Shown here piece by piece: positions 28,135 through 35,589 of a DNA stretch of 41,580 nucleotides (its first letter is position 1; the number at the start of each line of letters is the position of its first letter). The DNA lies in the IMG/VR virus record IMGVR_UViG_2565956608_000009; one strand, given 5' to 3'. Source of the DNA: a virus. Lineage: Duplodnaviria; Heunggongvirae; Uroviricota; Caudoviricetes. Below the pieces are notes generated by a model. The model ran no database searches and had not been told where the DNA came from. It saw only the letters and a program-made list of their open reading frames with translations. The translations under genes were made by a program, and so were the position numbers.

Positions 28135-29610
28135 TTAAGCATAGGGATCGTAATCTGTAATGGCCTTGCCTTGCTGGTTCTGCTGCCCGGGAATTCGCAG
28201 ACGCTTAGACACAGGGAACGCAAACGTCAGCAGTAGCGCATCGCCTTTACCCGGCGAACGCCCAAGCCGCTCCTTGATATCTTCCTTCGGTTCGATAACG
28301 ATTTTACCGTCCACTCGAACTTTGTACTCTGCCGCCGACAGGTCGTCCGCTGTTTCCTGGTCATCCAGCATGCCGCCCAGCCTCAGCCATGTCTTGCATG
28401 AGTTGAACATCTCCCCACGCTTGTTGAGCATCTGCGGGTCAGTAGACGCGCCACCGAACGGAACAAGTTGCCATGTGCGCCCCCAACCGTCACCGATTGA
28501 CTTCAGCCCGGTACCGTAACCGAAGTCGATGAACACCGCGTCAGCCTGATACTGGTCTTCAAAGTCAGCGATACGCTTCGCCATAATCAGATCGTCAGTG
28601 GTCTTGTTGCCGGTCCACAGCACCTTACTATGCAGCCCCTGCCGCAGGTATATCACAGCGTCATCAACGCCGGAGTATGCCGGGTCAACGCCGATTATCA
28701 CCGGAGCATGTGCAACCTGCGCAGCGGTTACCACCCGTTTCATTGCCTCGTCAGTAAGTCCGGTAGGGATAAACTGCAATTCAGATGCATCCGGGAATAT
28801 GCCGCGCACACGGATTTTAACGAAGTCGCTGTCTTCCCCGTAGTCATCAACCCATTTCTGCAACTGCTGTTTGTTAGTGCCTTCCACCGTCCGGCTGTCA
28901 ATCTGCGCAGTTTTCCAGCGGTGTTTATATTTGCGGAAACATTCGCGGAAACGCCCGGTGTTACGTGTAGGGTTTCCGAACGCCACCCAGATAATCTCAG
29001 TGTCTTCGTCCGTAAGCGCACCCTCAGCAACTTCCCACACCAGATCCGCAATGTTCGACGCTTCATCGAATACCACGATGATGCGTTTGCGCTCGTTGTG
29101 TAGTCCGGCGAATGCCTCAGTGTTGTGCTCAGACCAGGGGATTGCGTCAGCTCGCCACCGCTTGTCGTGCCCAGGATCATTGCTGTACATCGCGGTAGCG
29201 GTACAGGTAAACCAGTCTTTCGTGATAGCAAGGTTCGACCACTTGATAATTTCCGGCCAGGTCTTCGTTCGTAGCTGGTTGTCGGTGTTGGCGGTCACCA
29301 CGACCTTACAATCCTCGCAAGTGGACATGCCCCAGTTGATCAGCATTGAGATGAATGCGGATTTACCAATACCGTGACCAGAAGCGCGTGCCAGCATAAG
29401 CGGCTGATAGCGCGTCGCTGGATTCTGCAGGTGATCACGTATCTCTCGGAACGCATCAGCCTGCCACTGACGTGGGCCGGTAGCATGTGCCAGTTCAGTC
29501 CCTTCTTCCCCCCACGGGAACGCATAGAGGGCATAGCCAAGCGGATCGTGAGTGAACCCTGCAATATCCTCGATCAACTGCTCTTCAGGAGATAACGCTG
29601 TATCTGTCAC
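28135..29610 (-). CDS. Terminase large subunit
   Basis: 491 aa; Walker A-like RASGHGIGKS; C-terminal nuclease-like region; overlaps the small-subunit gene by 4 nt. Confidence 0.85.
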   Translation of the reverse strand: MTDTALSPEEQLIEDIAGFTHDPLGYALYAFPWGEEGTELAHATGPRQWQADAFREIRDHLQNPATRYQPLMLARASGHGIGKSAFISMLINWGMSTCEDCKVVVTANTDNQLRTKTWPEIIKWSNLAITKDWFTCTATAMYSNDPGHDKRWRADAIPWSEHNTEAFAGLHNERKRIIVVFDEASNIADLVWEVAEGALTDEDTEIIWVAFGNPTRNTGRFRECFRKYKHRWKTAQIDSRTVEGTNKQQLQKWVDDYGEDSDFVKIRVRGIFPDASELQFIPTGLTDEAMKRVVTAAQVAHAPVIIGVDPAYSGVDDAVIYLRQGLHSKVLWTGNKTTDDLIMAKRIADFEDQYQADAVFIDFGYGTGLKSIGDGWGRTWQLVPFGGASTDPQMLNKRGEMFNSCKTWLRLGGMLDDQETADDLSAAEYKVRVDGKIVIEPKEDIKERLGRSPGKGDALLLTFAFPVSKRLRIPGQQNQQGKAITDYDPYA

Positions 29611-30203
29611 TGATTACCATCCTGACGTTCTTTGAGTCGCTTCCTGGCTGCTGCTATGCGATCAGCAATTGTCACATTCACATTAACATCCAGACGTTCT
29701 TTGAACGCGTTGACATCAACATGCTTACCAATCAGCTCAAGGTTCTTCACCTTGTCAGGCCATTTAATTTTTTTGAGGATTGTCTCTATCGAATCCTCGT
29801 TCATGTTCATGATGGTCGACGACAGATCAAAGCCACTAAGCGTAGTGCGCCAGATTTTCGGCCACTCACGGATTGGTTTAAGGCTCCCATCGTCGTTGAG
29901 GATGTCGATCACGTCCATCTGGTCGATCTCCACCAGGCGCATGAGAACGTAATCAGCACTGACGCGCATTCGTTTGTTGCGCTCCTCCATCAACTCGGCA
30001 ATCCGTTTCTGAATGCGTTCATCGCGCATCATGACACTGGCTTTAACTGCCGCTGTGTTTGGGGAGAATCCTGCGTTAATCGCTGCCTGAGTCTGGTTTT
30101 CAGGCGTTTTGATGTATGACTGGCAATAAGCCTCCTGCATTGCTGTGAGCGGCTTAAATTGCGTTGATTTGCGTTTATAGGTTTTAGGTTCAGCAGGCAT
30201 CAT
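29607..30203 (-). CDS. Terminase small subunit
   Basis: Likely start at tandem ATG 30198-30203 with SD GGTGG (track starts at TTG 30281, which would span a terminator hairpin); HTH-like LTAMQEAYCQSYIKTPENQTQAAINAGFS. Confidence 0.7.
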   Translation of the reverse strand: MMPAEPKTYKRKSTQFKPLTAMQEAYCQSYIKTPENQTQAAINAGFSPNTAAVKASVMMRDERIQKRIAELMEERNKRMRVSADYVLMRLVEIDQMDVIDILNDDGSLKPIREWPKIWRTTLSGFDLSSTIMNMNEDSIETILKKIKWPDKVKNLELIGKHVDVNAFKERLDVNVNVTIADRIAAARKRLKERQDGNQ

Positions 30204-30220
30204 AACCACCGTGGTAATAG

Positions 30221-30235
30221 TTACCGTTGTGGTAA
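30221..30235. promoter_or_regulatory. Operator-like palindrome TTACC-gttgt-GGTAA just upstream of the terminase small-subunit start
   Basis: Perfect TTACC-N5-GGTAA; only copy adjacent to the late operon; within the track's N-terminal extension of the 29607 ORF. Confidence 0.45.
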
Positions 30236-30246
30236 TAATACCATGC

Positions 30247-30272
30247 AAAATAAAGCCGCCATAGTTGGCGGC
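30247..30272 (-). terminator. Intrinsic terminator-like hairpin upstream of the terminase genes
   Basis: Minus-strand GCCGCCA-acta-TGGCGGC followed by TTTATTTT. Confidence 0.45.
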
Positions 30273-30313
30273 AGTATTCAAAATCCATCAAATTCATCAT
30301 GCATAATCTACTC

Positions 30314-30325
30314 GTGACATGTCAC
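30314..30325. repeat. 12-bp perfect palindrome GTGACATGTCAC, copy 3 of 3
   Basis: Overlaps the stop codon of gene 30322-30669; about 45 nt upstream (in transcript direction) of hairpin 30247-30272. Confidence 0.6.
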
Positions 30326-30669
30326 ACTATTAATTTCGTTTCATGCCAGCCTTTAGTCACCCAGCATTGCGAGTCACCATTACACGGGCATGAATTAACT
30401 GGAACTCTCTCGCCGCACTTACCGCAACGTTTTCTGCTGATCGATTTTATACGCCCGCGCACGCGTGCATCATCCTGGCGGATCAGTAACGCGATGTATT
30501 CGCTCATTTCATACGGCGCACGACCAGGGCGACGGGCGGCACAGTTACGCTCCAGCATTTCCTGCTCCTGCTTATCCAGCACCAGTTCAATTTTGCGCTC
30601 ACCGGCGGCGGACTGCCGAGCGCGCTGCGCGGCTTTGCGTTCTGCGGGGGATTTAGCCACGAATCGCAC
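30322..30669 (-). CDS. Hypothetical protein with C-terminal Cys cluster (candidate late-gene regulator)
   Basis: About 112-115 aa; C-terminus RCGKCGERVPVNSCPCNGDSQC; start ambiguous between GTG 30669 and GTG 30660 (SD GGAG 9 nt upstream of the latter); last gene before the terminase operon. Confidence 0.45.
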   Translation of the reverse strand: MRFVAKSPAERKAAQRARQSAAGERKIELVLDKQEQEMLERNCAARRPGRAPYEMSEYIALLIRQDDARVRGRIKSISRKRCGKCGERVPVNSCPCNGDSQCWVTKGWHETKLIV

Positions 30670-30775
30670 TCCACGCCAGATTGATTAATGACTCCCAGGC
30701 AATATAAACCCGGATACCAGCAGCCAGGCCGAAACCAATCACCATGGCATAAAGCAGAGCGTTGCACTTGTTCAT
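30653..30775 (-). CDS. Small hydrophobic ORF (40 aa), not in the ORF track
   Basis: MNKCNALLYAMVIGFGLAAGIRVYIAWESLINLAWSAIRG; ATG overlaps the stop of the upstream gene (TAATG); single TM-like segment. Confidence 0.25.
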   Translation of the reverse strand: MNKCNALLYAMVIGFGLAAGIRVYIAWESLINLAWSAIRG

Positions 30776-31302
30776 TACTTCACCTCCTGCGGCGGTTCCG
30801 GTAGCGGCATCCAGTGAGTTGCCTGCTCAATACCATTACCCGGCTTAATCGTTGCTTCTCCTCGCCGGAATGTGCTTCCGGTATAGCGTGCGGAGCATAT
30901 TAGCGGTTCAACCAGAGAGCTGTCGAAATTCACCGAAATAAGCACGTTCTTGTTCTTTTCCGGCATTCGCTCACTACAGCTTATCCAACTATCCGGAGTT
31001 GCCGGATAGTTGCCAGATAGCTCGTTCAACTTGTAAGTTTGGCTTACGGGTTCGGCTTCCAGTTCCGCTATGCGCTTTTTTGCTGTTTCCAGCTCGCCCA
31101 GCAGCGCCAAGACGGTAGCCGGATTGGCTGCGGCTATGAATCGTTTATTGGCGCGATTATCCGGTCCTGAGCATGATGCTATGTAGTAATTGGCGTTCAG
31201 TCCGGCATCGGCAATTACTCCATGGTAGTCATCAGTACACCATTCGCCTGGTGTTGCATTTTCTGCCGCCTCACGCAGTGCCTGGTAATTAATTTCGCTC
31301 AC
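30775..31302 (-). CDS. Ead/Ea22-like N-terminal region fused to DUF551-like C-terminal domain
   Basis: 175 aa; GTG start with strong SD AGGAGG; C-terminal THWMPLPEPP matches the DUF551 signature. Confidence 0.55.
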   Translation of the reverse strand: MSEINYQALREAAENATPGEWCTDDYHGVIADAGLNANYYIASCSGPDNRANKRFIAAANPATVLALLGELETAKKRIAELEAEPVSQTYKLNELSGNYPATPDSWISCSERMPEKNKNVLISVNFDSSLVEPLICSARYTGSTFRRGEATIKPGNGIEQATHWMPLPEPPQEVK

Positions 31303-32000
31303 TGGTTGCCTCCTTTGCGAAGCTGGGCAGCAAAGTCAACTAACCACTCAGTCATTTCAACCTTCCCTACCAGGTCTGAACCAGGGTGCATACAGCAATC
31401 ACTCTGCGCCGCTTTGAAATCCTTATACTCATATTCTTGGGCCACCAGATTTTTTGCAGCTTCTATAGCAGCATCCACCCCCTGCGCCCGCACTTCAGCC
31501 AGGCATTTGCGAAACTCGGAAACGTACTGTTCGACGCTCATTCCCCAGCTAAGTGGACATTCAGTGAATGTTTCGCCTTCGTGCTCTTCATCAGGTAGCT
31601 CTTTGGTAAAGAACTCACGCTCAATGGCGTGGAGTGTGTCAGCAAAACGACGTAAGTTACTCAAACCTACCGTAATGGAGAATTCAGGAGTATCACATCC
31701 GACGCCCATCTGCTGATAAACGGCGGTTTTGAAGGCCTTCAGCCCCGCATTCTCCGCCGCCAGCGCCGAAAACTTCTCGTGTGCCAACTTAACAGCCGAA
31801 TCAGCCTGTTTAATTGACTCAATGGCTCTCTGGTTGTCTTCGTCCTGCGCATTAGCACGCACCAGTTGCACTTCCAGTTGCGTTGCCAAATCGCTGATCA
31901 GCTTTGCCACACTGCGCATATCAACGGCACCACATTCTGCTTTCAGTTCCGAAGCCATCTCATGCCCGGCGGAAACTAACCCTTTGATATTACTTTCCAT
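31299..32000 (-). CDS. Hypothetical early protein
   Basis: 233 aa; acidic, helical; no recognised motif. Confidence 0.45.
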   Translation of the reverse strand: MESNIKGLVSAGHEMASELKAECGAVDMRSVAKLISDLATQLEVQLVRANAQDEDNQRAIESIKQADSAVKLAHEKFSALAAENAGLKAFKTAVYQQMGVGCDTPEFSITVGLSNLRRFADTLHAIEREFFTKELPDEEHEGETFTECPLSWGMSVEQYVSEFRKCLAEVRAQGVDAAIEAAKNLVAQEYEYKDFKAAQSDCCMHPGSDLVGKVEMTEWLVDFAAQLRKGGNQ

Positions 32001-32061
32001 CTTTACCCTCGCTTATCCACATAACTTATTGATTACATTGATAACTAAAAAGATCGTCGAT

Positions 32062-32409
32062 TCAGAACTCTTCGATGTTCCAGCCACCACCTGCTTTCTT
32101 TGGCTTAACCGTTACCCCGATGATTCGGAACGGATACTGATCTGCGGCGACTTTGGTTTTCACTCTGGCGTCATCGGTCCAGAATCCCCCTTTCACTTCG
32201 TGCAGCTCCATCTCGCCGGTGGCGAGCATCACAGCGAAATCGGGCGTATAGAACGTGTTGTCAGCTAACCGCAGCTTGATACCCTCGAATCGATACCAGG
32301 CGATTTCCCCTGCACGTTTACGCTGCTCAAGGTGCTGGCAATACGCAGATTCTGTTTTGTTCATCTGGCCTGTTTTGAGTCGACCAAGAGCCTGTATCTG
32401 TTTTCTCAT
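32062..32409 (-). CDS. DUF1064-like putative nuclease-fold protein
   Basis: 115 aa; pattern YTPDF...ELHEVKG suggests a PD-(D/E)XK-like fold; SD-like GAGGT inside the adjacent operator copy. Confidence 0.45.
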   Translation of the reverse strand: MRKQIQALGRLKTGQMNKTESAYCQHLEQRKRAGEIAWYRFEGIKLRLADNTFYTPDFAVMLATGEMELHEVKGGFWTDDARVKTKVAADQYPFRIIGVTVKPKKAGGGWNIEEF

Positions 32410-32412
32410 GAT

Positions 32413-32489
32413 TTACCTCTGAGGTAATTAAAAACCACATAAGACACTAAATTAATAGAGTTTAGAATATTTTGTTACCTGATAGGTAA
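32413..32489. promoter_or_regulatory. Two operator palindromes (32413-32427 TTACC-tctga-GGTAA; 32475-32489 TTACC-tgata-GGTAA)
   Basis: Both perfect; between the P-like gene stop and the DUF1064-like gene start; the proximal copy overlaps the SD. Confidence 0.55.
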
Positions 32490-32526
32490 TTATTGAGACG
32501 TAAAAAAATGCGCTATCGCGCTGGTA

Positions 32527-33312
32527 TTACTTGATAAATCCTGCCGCCTTTCCCCGCCTGTATTCCTCCATTAGCCACTGCGCCGGTGTTATTCCCCCCA
32601 GGGTGGCGGCGTTAGGCATACACCCGAAACTTCGCCCTGGTGGATGGTAAACGTCTCTCCCTGTGTCCGGAGGCGTACTCATGGGCTCTGGCTTTGCCTG
32701 TATGCTGATCACCGGATCGGGTATCTGCTGTCCGGAAGCCACCTTTTTCGCCCAATCATCGAGCAGCCTGCGCGCGTGTTTCTCAACCTCAATCTCGCTA
32801 AGCTGGCGCTGATACATTGCACGGCGGGTATCACATACGACCCAGTACATAACCGGATGTCGCCACGGGAATCTTTCGGGACCACCAGGATATAAACTTT
32901 TTTCCTTGCTGTACCGGTGAAACTCCGCCATCACATCGTCAATGGTGACGCCAAGAACCATCTTGCTGTCTTTACACCACTTGATGAATTGCCCTGGCGA
33001 CGGCCAGAACGGAGACTCACTGGCGCGAGCGTGGCGCATACCAGCAGAAACCTGTTCACGGGTTCGGATCCCACCTTCGGCAAACGCAGCAATCCACTGC
33101 TGTTTTGCAGCAACTTCCTGCTCTGGCGTCTTCAGGTTGGTTACTACTGCCGCCGGAAACAGTTGTTTCAGCTGTTTGAAAAGGGCATCAACAAGCCTCT
33201 CTGCTGACATGTTCACCACATTGTCATTGTTGACGTATTGATGCTCATAACCTGACATGCGAGAAAGGGCTTCTCCGTCACGGTTTTGTATCGCGGTAAA
33301 AACGTTGTTCAC
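32527..33312 (-). CDS. Replication protein P-like (DnaB helicase loader)
   Basis: Similarity to lambda P: QWIAAFAEGGIRTREQVSAGMRHARASESPFWPSPGQFIKWCKD vs lambda QWVLAFRENGITTMEQVNAGMRVARRQNRPFLPSPGQFVAWCRE; probable GTG start 33310-33312 with SD GGGAGGA (track start 33327). Confidence 0.8.
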   Translation of the reverse strand: MNNVFTAIQNRDGEALSRMSGYEHQYVNNDNVVNMSAERLVDALFKQLKQLFPAAVVTNLKTPEQEVAAKQQWIAAFAEGGIRTREQVSAGMRHARASESPFWPSPGQFIKWCKDSKMVLGVTIDDVMAEFHRYSKEKSLYPGGPERFPWRHPVMYWVVCDTRRAMYQRQLSEIEVEKHARRLLDDWAKKVASGQQIPDPVISIQAKPEPMSTPPDTGRDVYHPPGRSFGCMPNAATLGGITPAQWLMEEYRRGKAAGFIK

Positions 33313-34100
33313 AAGAAATCCTCCCACGCTTCAGGGCTGTTCCAGTGCGGAACGTTGTTATCAGGTAATGTTGATTGCTTCTGTCTGCTAATCTGCAGCC
33401 GCCTTGCCAGCTTCTGCTCCCACTGTGCCTGATGGTATGCCTTACCCTCAGCCATCCAGTAAATTCTGAACTCTGCAAGTTCCTGTGCCGTTGGCAGACT
33501 GTCCAGGTAGATTCCCTGCAATGAGCTTTTCCGAAGAAAGTCATCTGATGGTTGCCATTGTTCATGCATGACAAATTTGCCTAATTGCCCTGGCCCACCA
33601 GGAGGAACAAAGTTATTCATCACGGCGTTGTTTGCGCCGGGGTCATGAGGCACAGAATCCCCGGTTTTTGTCCTGCTCCCCCTCTCTTGGTTAAATGACT
33701 GGTTATATGACTGGTTCTGGATCCCGTTTTTGGGATCATTCAACATCCCGTTTTTGGGTATATTCCCGTTTTCGGTAACATTTCCGTTTTCGGGTTCATT
33801 ACTCCCTTCCCGGTTGCCTTTAATGTTCCCGTTTTTGGTTATATTAAGAGAGAAAACCCGCACTCTTTTCGTCGCTCCCTTTCTCTCTCCGGTATCTGAA
33901 ATAAGCCCCATTTTCATGAGCGATATAAGCCCGGCCTGCACGGTTTTTTTATTCAGGCAAGTGTCTTTAACGAGGCGTTCTATGCTGGGGTAGCAGAGGT
34001 TATATTCATCGGCTCTGTCAGCCATCGAGAGCAGTATGAGCTTTAATGATGAGCTGCCTGGATCTGTCTCCCAGGCCCAATCTGTTGCATGTCTGCTCAT
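33309..34100 (-). CDS. Replication initiator (O-like): N-terminal HTH domain, low-complexity linker, C-terminal domain
   Basis: 263 aa; N-terminal KLILLSMADRADEY...LCYPSIERLVKDTCLNKKTVQAGLISLMKMGLI resembles the winged-helix of phage initiators; linker is encoded by the iteron array; SD GGAG before ATG 34098-34100. Confidence 0.7.
   Translation of the reverse strand: MSRHATDWAWETDPGSSSLKLILLSMADRADEYNLCYPSIERLVKDTCLNKKTVQAGLISLMKMGLISDTGERKGATKRVRVFSLNITKNGNIKGNREGSNEPENGNVTENGNIPKNGMLNDPKNGIQNQSYNQSFNQERGSRTKTGDSVPHDPGANNAVMNNFVPPGGPGQLGKFVMHEQWQPSDDFLRKSSLQGIYLDSLPTAQELAEFRIYWMAEGKAYHQAQWEQKLARRLQISRQKQSTLPDNNVPHWNSPEAWEDFL
33694..33842. repeat. Candidate replication origin: iterons inside the initiator gene
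   Basis: Five copies of TCCCGTTTT(T/C)GG starting near 33722, 33746, 33764, 33782 and 33827, plus tandem ATGACTGGTT x2 at 33696-33716. Confidence 0.6.
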
Positions 34101-34115
34101 GATTAATCTCCGCTA

Positions 34116-34316
34116 TCAGCTTGAATGTTGTGGGGAGGAATTAATCATGATCTGCTTAATCTCTGCCCTAATGCGACGGTTTGATTCCATGGTGCACTCA
34201 ACACAGTGTCCGTTGTAAACCCAGCGTTCACTGTCATGTCCGTGCTTACATGGTTTTCCGGTGTAGTAGCGTTTAAGTCCGCGCTTTGCGGCATCAATAC
34301 GTGTAATGATTTCCAT
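34116..34316 (-). CDS. Small putative zinc-binding protein
   Basis: 66 aa from ATG 34314-34316 (track starts at TTG 34379); Cys/His cluster PCKHGH...HCVEC; weak SD. Confidence 0.4.
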   Translation of the reverse strand: MEIITRIDAAKRGLKRYYTGKPCKHGHDSERWVYNGHCVECTMESNRRIRAEIKQIMINSSPQHSS

Positions 34317-34396
34317 GGTAAGCCCTGTTATTAGTATTGGGATTACGGTTATTTTGTGCTGACACAAAAAAAAGATCAACCAGATTTGGTTTTTTA

Positions 34397-34411
34397 TTAC
34401 CTTTAAGGTAC
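34397..34411. promoter_or_regulatory. Operator-like palindrome TTACC-tttaa-GGTAC
   Basis: One mismatch; between the Cro-like gene terminator and the next early gene. Confidence 0.4.
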
Positions 34412-34421
34412 GAATAGATAT

Positions 34422-34444
34422 GAAAAGACCGCCGGATGGCGGTC
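34422..34444 (-). terminator. Terminator hairpin after the Cro-like gene (tR1-like position)
   Basis: Minus-strand GACCGCC-atcc-GGCGGTC followed by TTTTCA. Confidence 0.5.
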
Positions 34445-34466
34445 TACAGAGGGTTGTAGCTGGATA

Positions 34467-34697
34467 TCATGAGTAGAAGAAGTATGCCAGTTCTGCTTTT
34501 GAGCGCAGCCATTGTCTTGTTTTACAGGCTTTAAAAAGCCCATTCATCAATACTTTACCTGGCATTTTTCGCTTACCTGTTAAGTGAGTCTGGATATAGT
34601 GACTCGTCGTTCCGGCTTCCTGTGCGAAGGCTTCACGCTCATCCGGAGTAAGTGCAAGCCAGTGCTTTTTGAAATCGAAATGTCCGTTATCGCTCAT
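34467..34697 (-). CDS. Cro-like small HTH regulator
   Basis: 76 aa; HTH-like WLALTPDEREAFAQEAGTTSHYIQTHLTGKRK; divergent from the repressor gene with operators between them. Confidence 0.55.
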   Translation of the reverse strand: MSDNGHFDFKKHWLALTPDEREAFAQEAGTTSHYIQTHLTGKRKMPGKVLMNGLFKACKTRQWLRSKAELAYFFYS

Positions 34698-34764
34698 AGC
34701 TATTGCCTGATATTTATTTCAGATAATAAATATTCACCCATAAGGTAACAAAAATCAAGGATAG

Positions 34765-34796
34765 TTACCTATGAGGTGCATTTACCTGTTGGGTAA
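34765..34796. promoter_or_regulatory. Tandem operators in the divergent switch region (34765-34779 TTACC-tatga-GGTGC; 34782-34796 TTACC-tgttg-GGTAA)
   Basis: Two adjacent copies separated by 2 bp between the Cro-like and repressor genes; an AT-rich inverted repeat ATATTTATT/AATAAATAT lies at 34710-34733. Confidence 0.55.
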
Positions 34797-34851
34797 TATT
34801 GCTTTAAATTGAATCATCTACTGATTCATATATGAGGCGATTTTCCAGAAA

Positions 34852-35436
34852 ATGAAAAGTATCCAGGACGTCCGCAGGCAAAATCTCAACGACTTGATCG
34901 ACCGTGAATTCAATGGTGTTCAGACGCGGATGGCAGAAAAACTTGGAACTCAGGCAAATCTGGTAAACCGCTGGGCTCTTGGCAAGAAGGTTATCGGCGA
35001 CCAGGTTGCGCGAAAAATTGAAGCTGCCGCCAATAAACCCCGTAACTGGCTTGATATCGATCGCTCGCTTTCTCAGGAAGGTTTTCAGCCTGTCGGCCCA
35101 AGCGACATTGGTCAGCTGGCGGCTCACAACCTGGAACGCTGGATGAGCGAAAGCCGCGACCTTTCAACACAGGGAAAACTTCACCGCGCATCCGGCGTCG
35201 CCCAGGTGACAATCAGCCGCCTGTTAAACAATGAGGTCAGCGTTTCCATTTCCACCCTGGAGAATGTTGCATCTGCATTCGGGCGTCACGGATATGAACT
35301 ACTGATTCATCCGCATGACCCTGCAACTATCAACTATGACCGCTCGCGCTACGCATTGTTACCTGAAACAGAGAAGGCAAAGATCGAAAGTTACATTGAA
35401 TTTGTCATCAACCAGAACGAAAAAAACAAACAATAA
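34852..35436 (+). CDS. Prophage repressor candidate: tandem helix-turn-helix protein without a peptidase domain
   Basis: 194 aa; two XRE-like HTH segments (QTRMAEKLGTQANLVNRWALGKK and LHRASGVAQVTISRLLNNEVSVSISTLENVASAFG); no S24 Ala-Gly/Ser-Lys motif; followed by a strong terminator. Confidence 0.6.
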   Translation: MKSIQDVRRQNLNDLIDREFNGVQTRMAEKLGTQANLVNRWALGKKVIGDQVARKIEAAANKPRNWLDIDRSLSQEGFQPVGPSDIGQLAAHNLERWMSESRDLSTQGKLHRASGVAQVTISRLLNNEVSVSISTLENVASAFGRHGYELLIHPHDPATINYDRSRYALLPETEKAKIESYIEFVINQNEKNKQ

Positions 35437-35457
35437 AATCATATTTTTCAGTAAGTA

Positions 35458-35480
35458 AGCCGCCTTATGGCGGCTTTTTT
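35458..35480 (+). terminator. Rho-independent terminator
   Basis: AGCCGCC-ttat-GGCGGCT followed by TTTTTT. Confidence 0.65.
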
Positions 35481-35493
35481 ATTGCCTATTCGA

Positions 35494-35570
35494 TTACCTA
35501 ACGGGTAATTTTTTTAACTCATATCTATTGACATCAAACCAGATACGCATAATTATTACCTCAACGGTAA
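35494..35570 (+). promoter_or_regulatory. Promoter region of the plus-strand early operon: operators 35494-35508 and 35556-35570 flanking -35 TTGACA (35527-35532)
   Basis: Both copies perfect (TTACC-taacg-GGTAA, TTACC-tcaac-GGTAA); the second overlaps the expected -10/+1 region. Confidence 0.55.
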
Positions 35571-35589
35571 CAGACCGAGGTAACAAGTT

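Noticed and set aside
11975-29103. Multiple ORFs antisense to or nested in large late genes (for example 11975-12436, 15693-16025, 16989-17333, 20816-21520, 25191-25928, 28630-29103)
   Set aside because: They lie wholly inside well-supported long reading frames on the opposite strand and have skewed, low-complexity compositions.
3191-35570. CRISPR array formed by the recurring TTACC-N5-GGTAA or GTGACATGTCAC repeats
   Set aside because: Copies are 12-15 bp, irregularly spaced kilobases apart, with no uniform spacers or cas genes; they behave like operator or boundary motifs.
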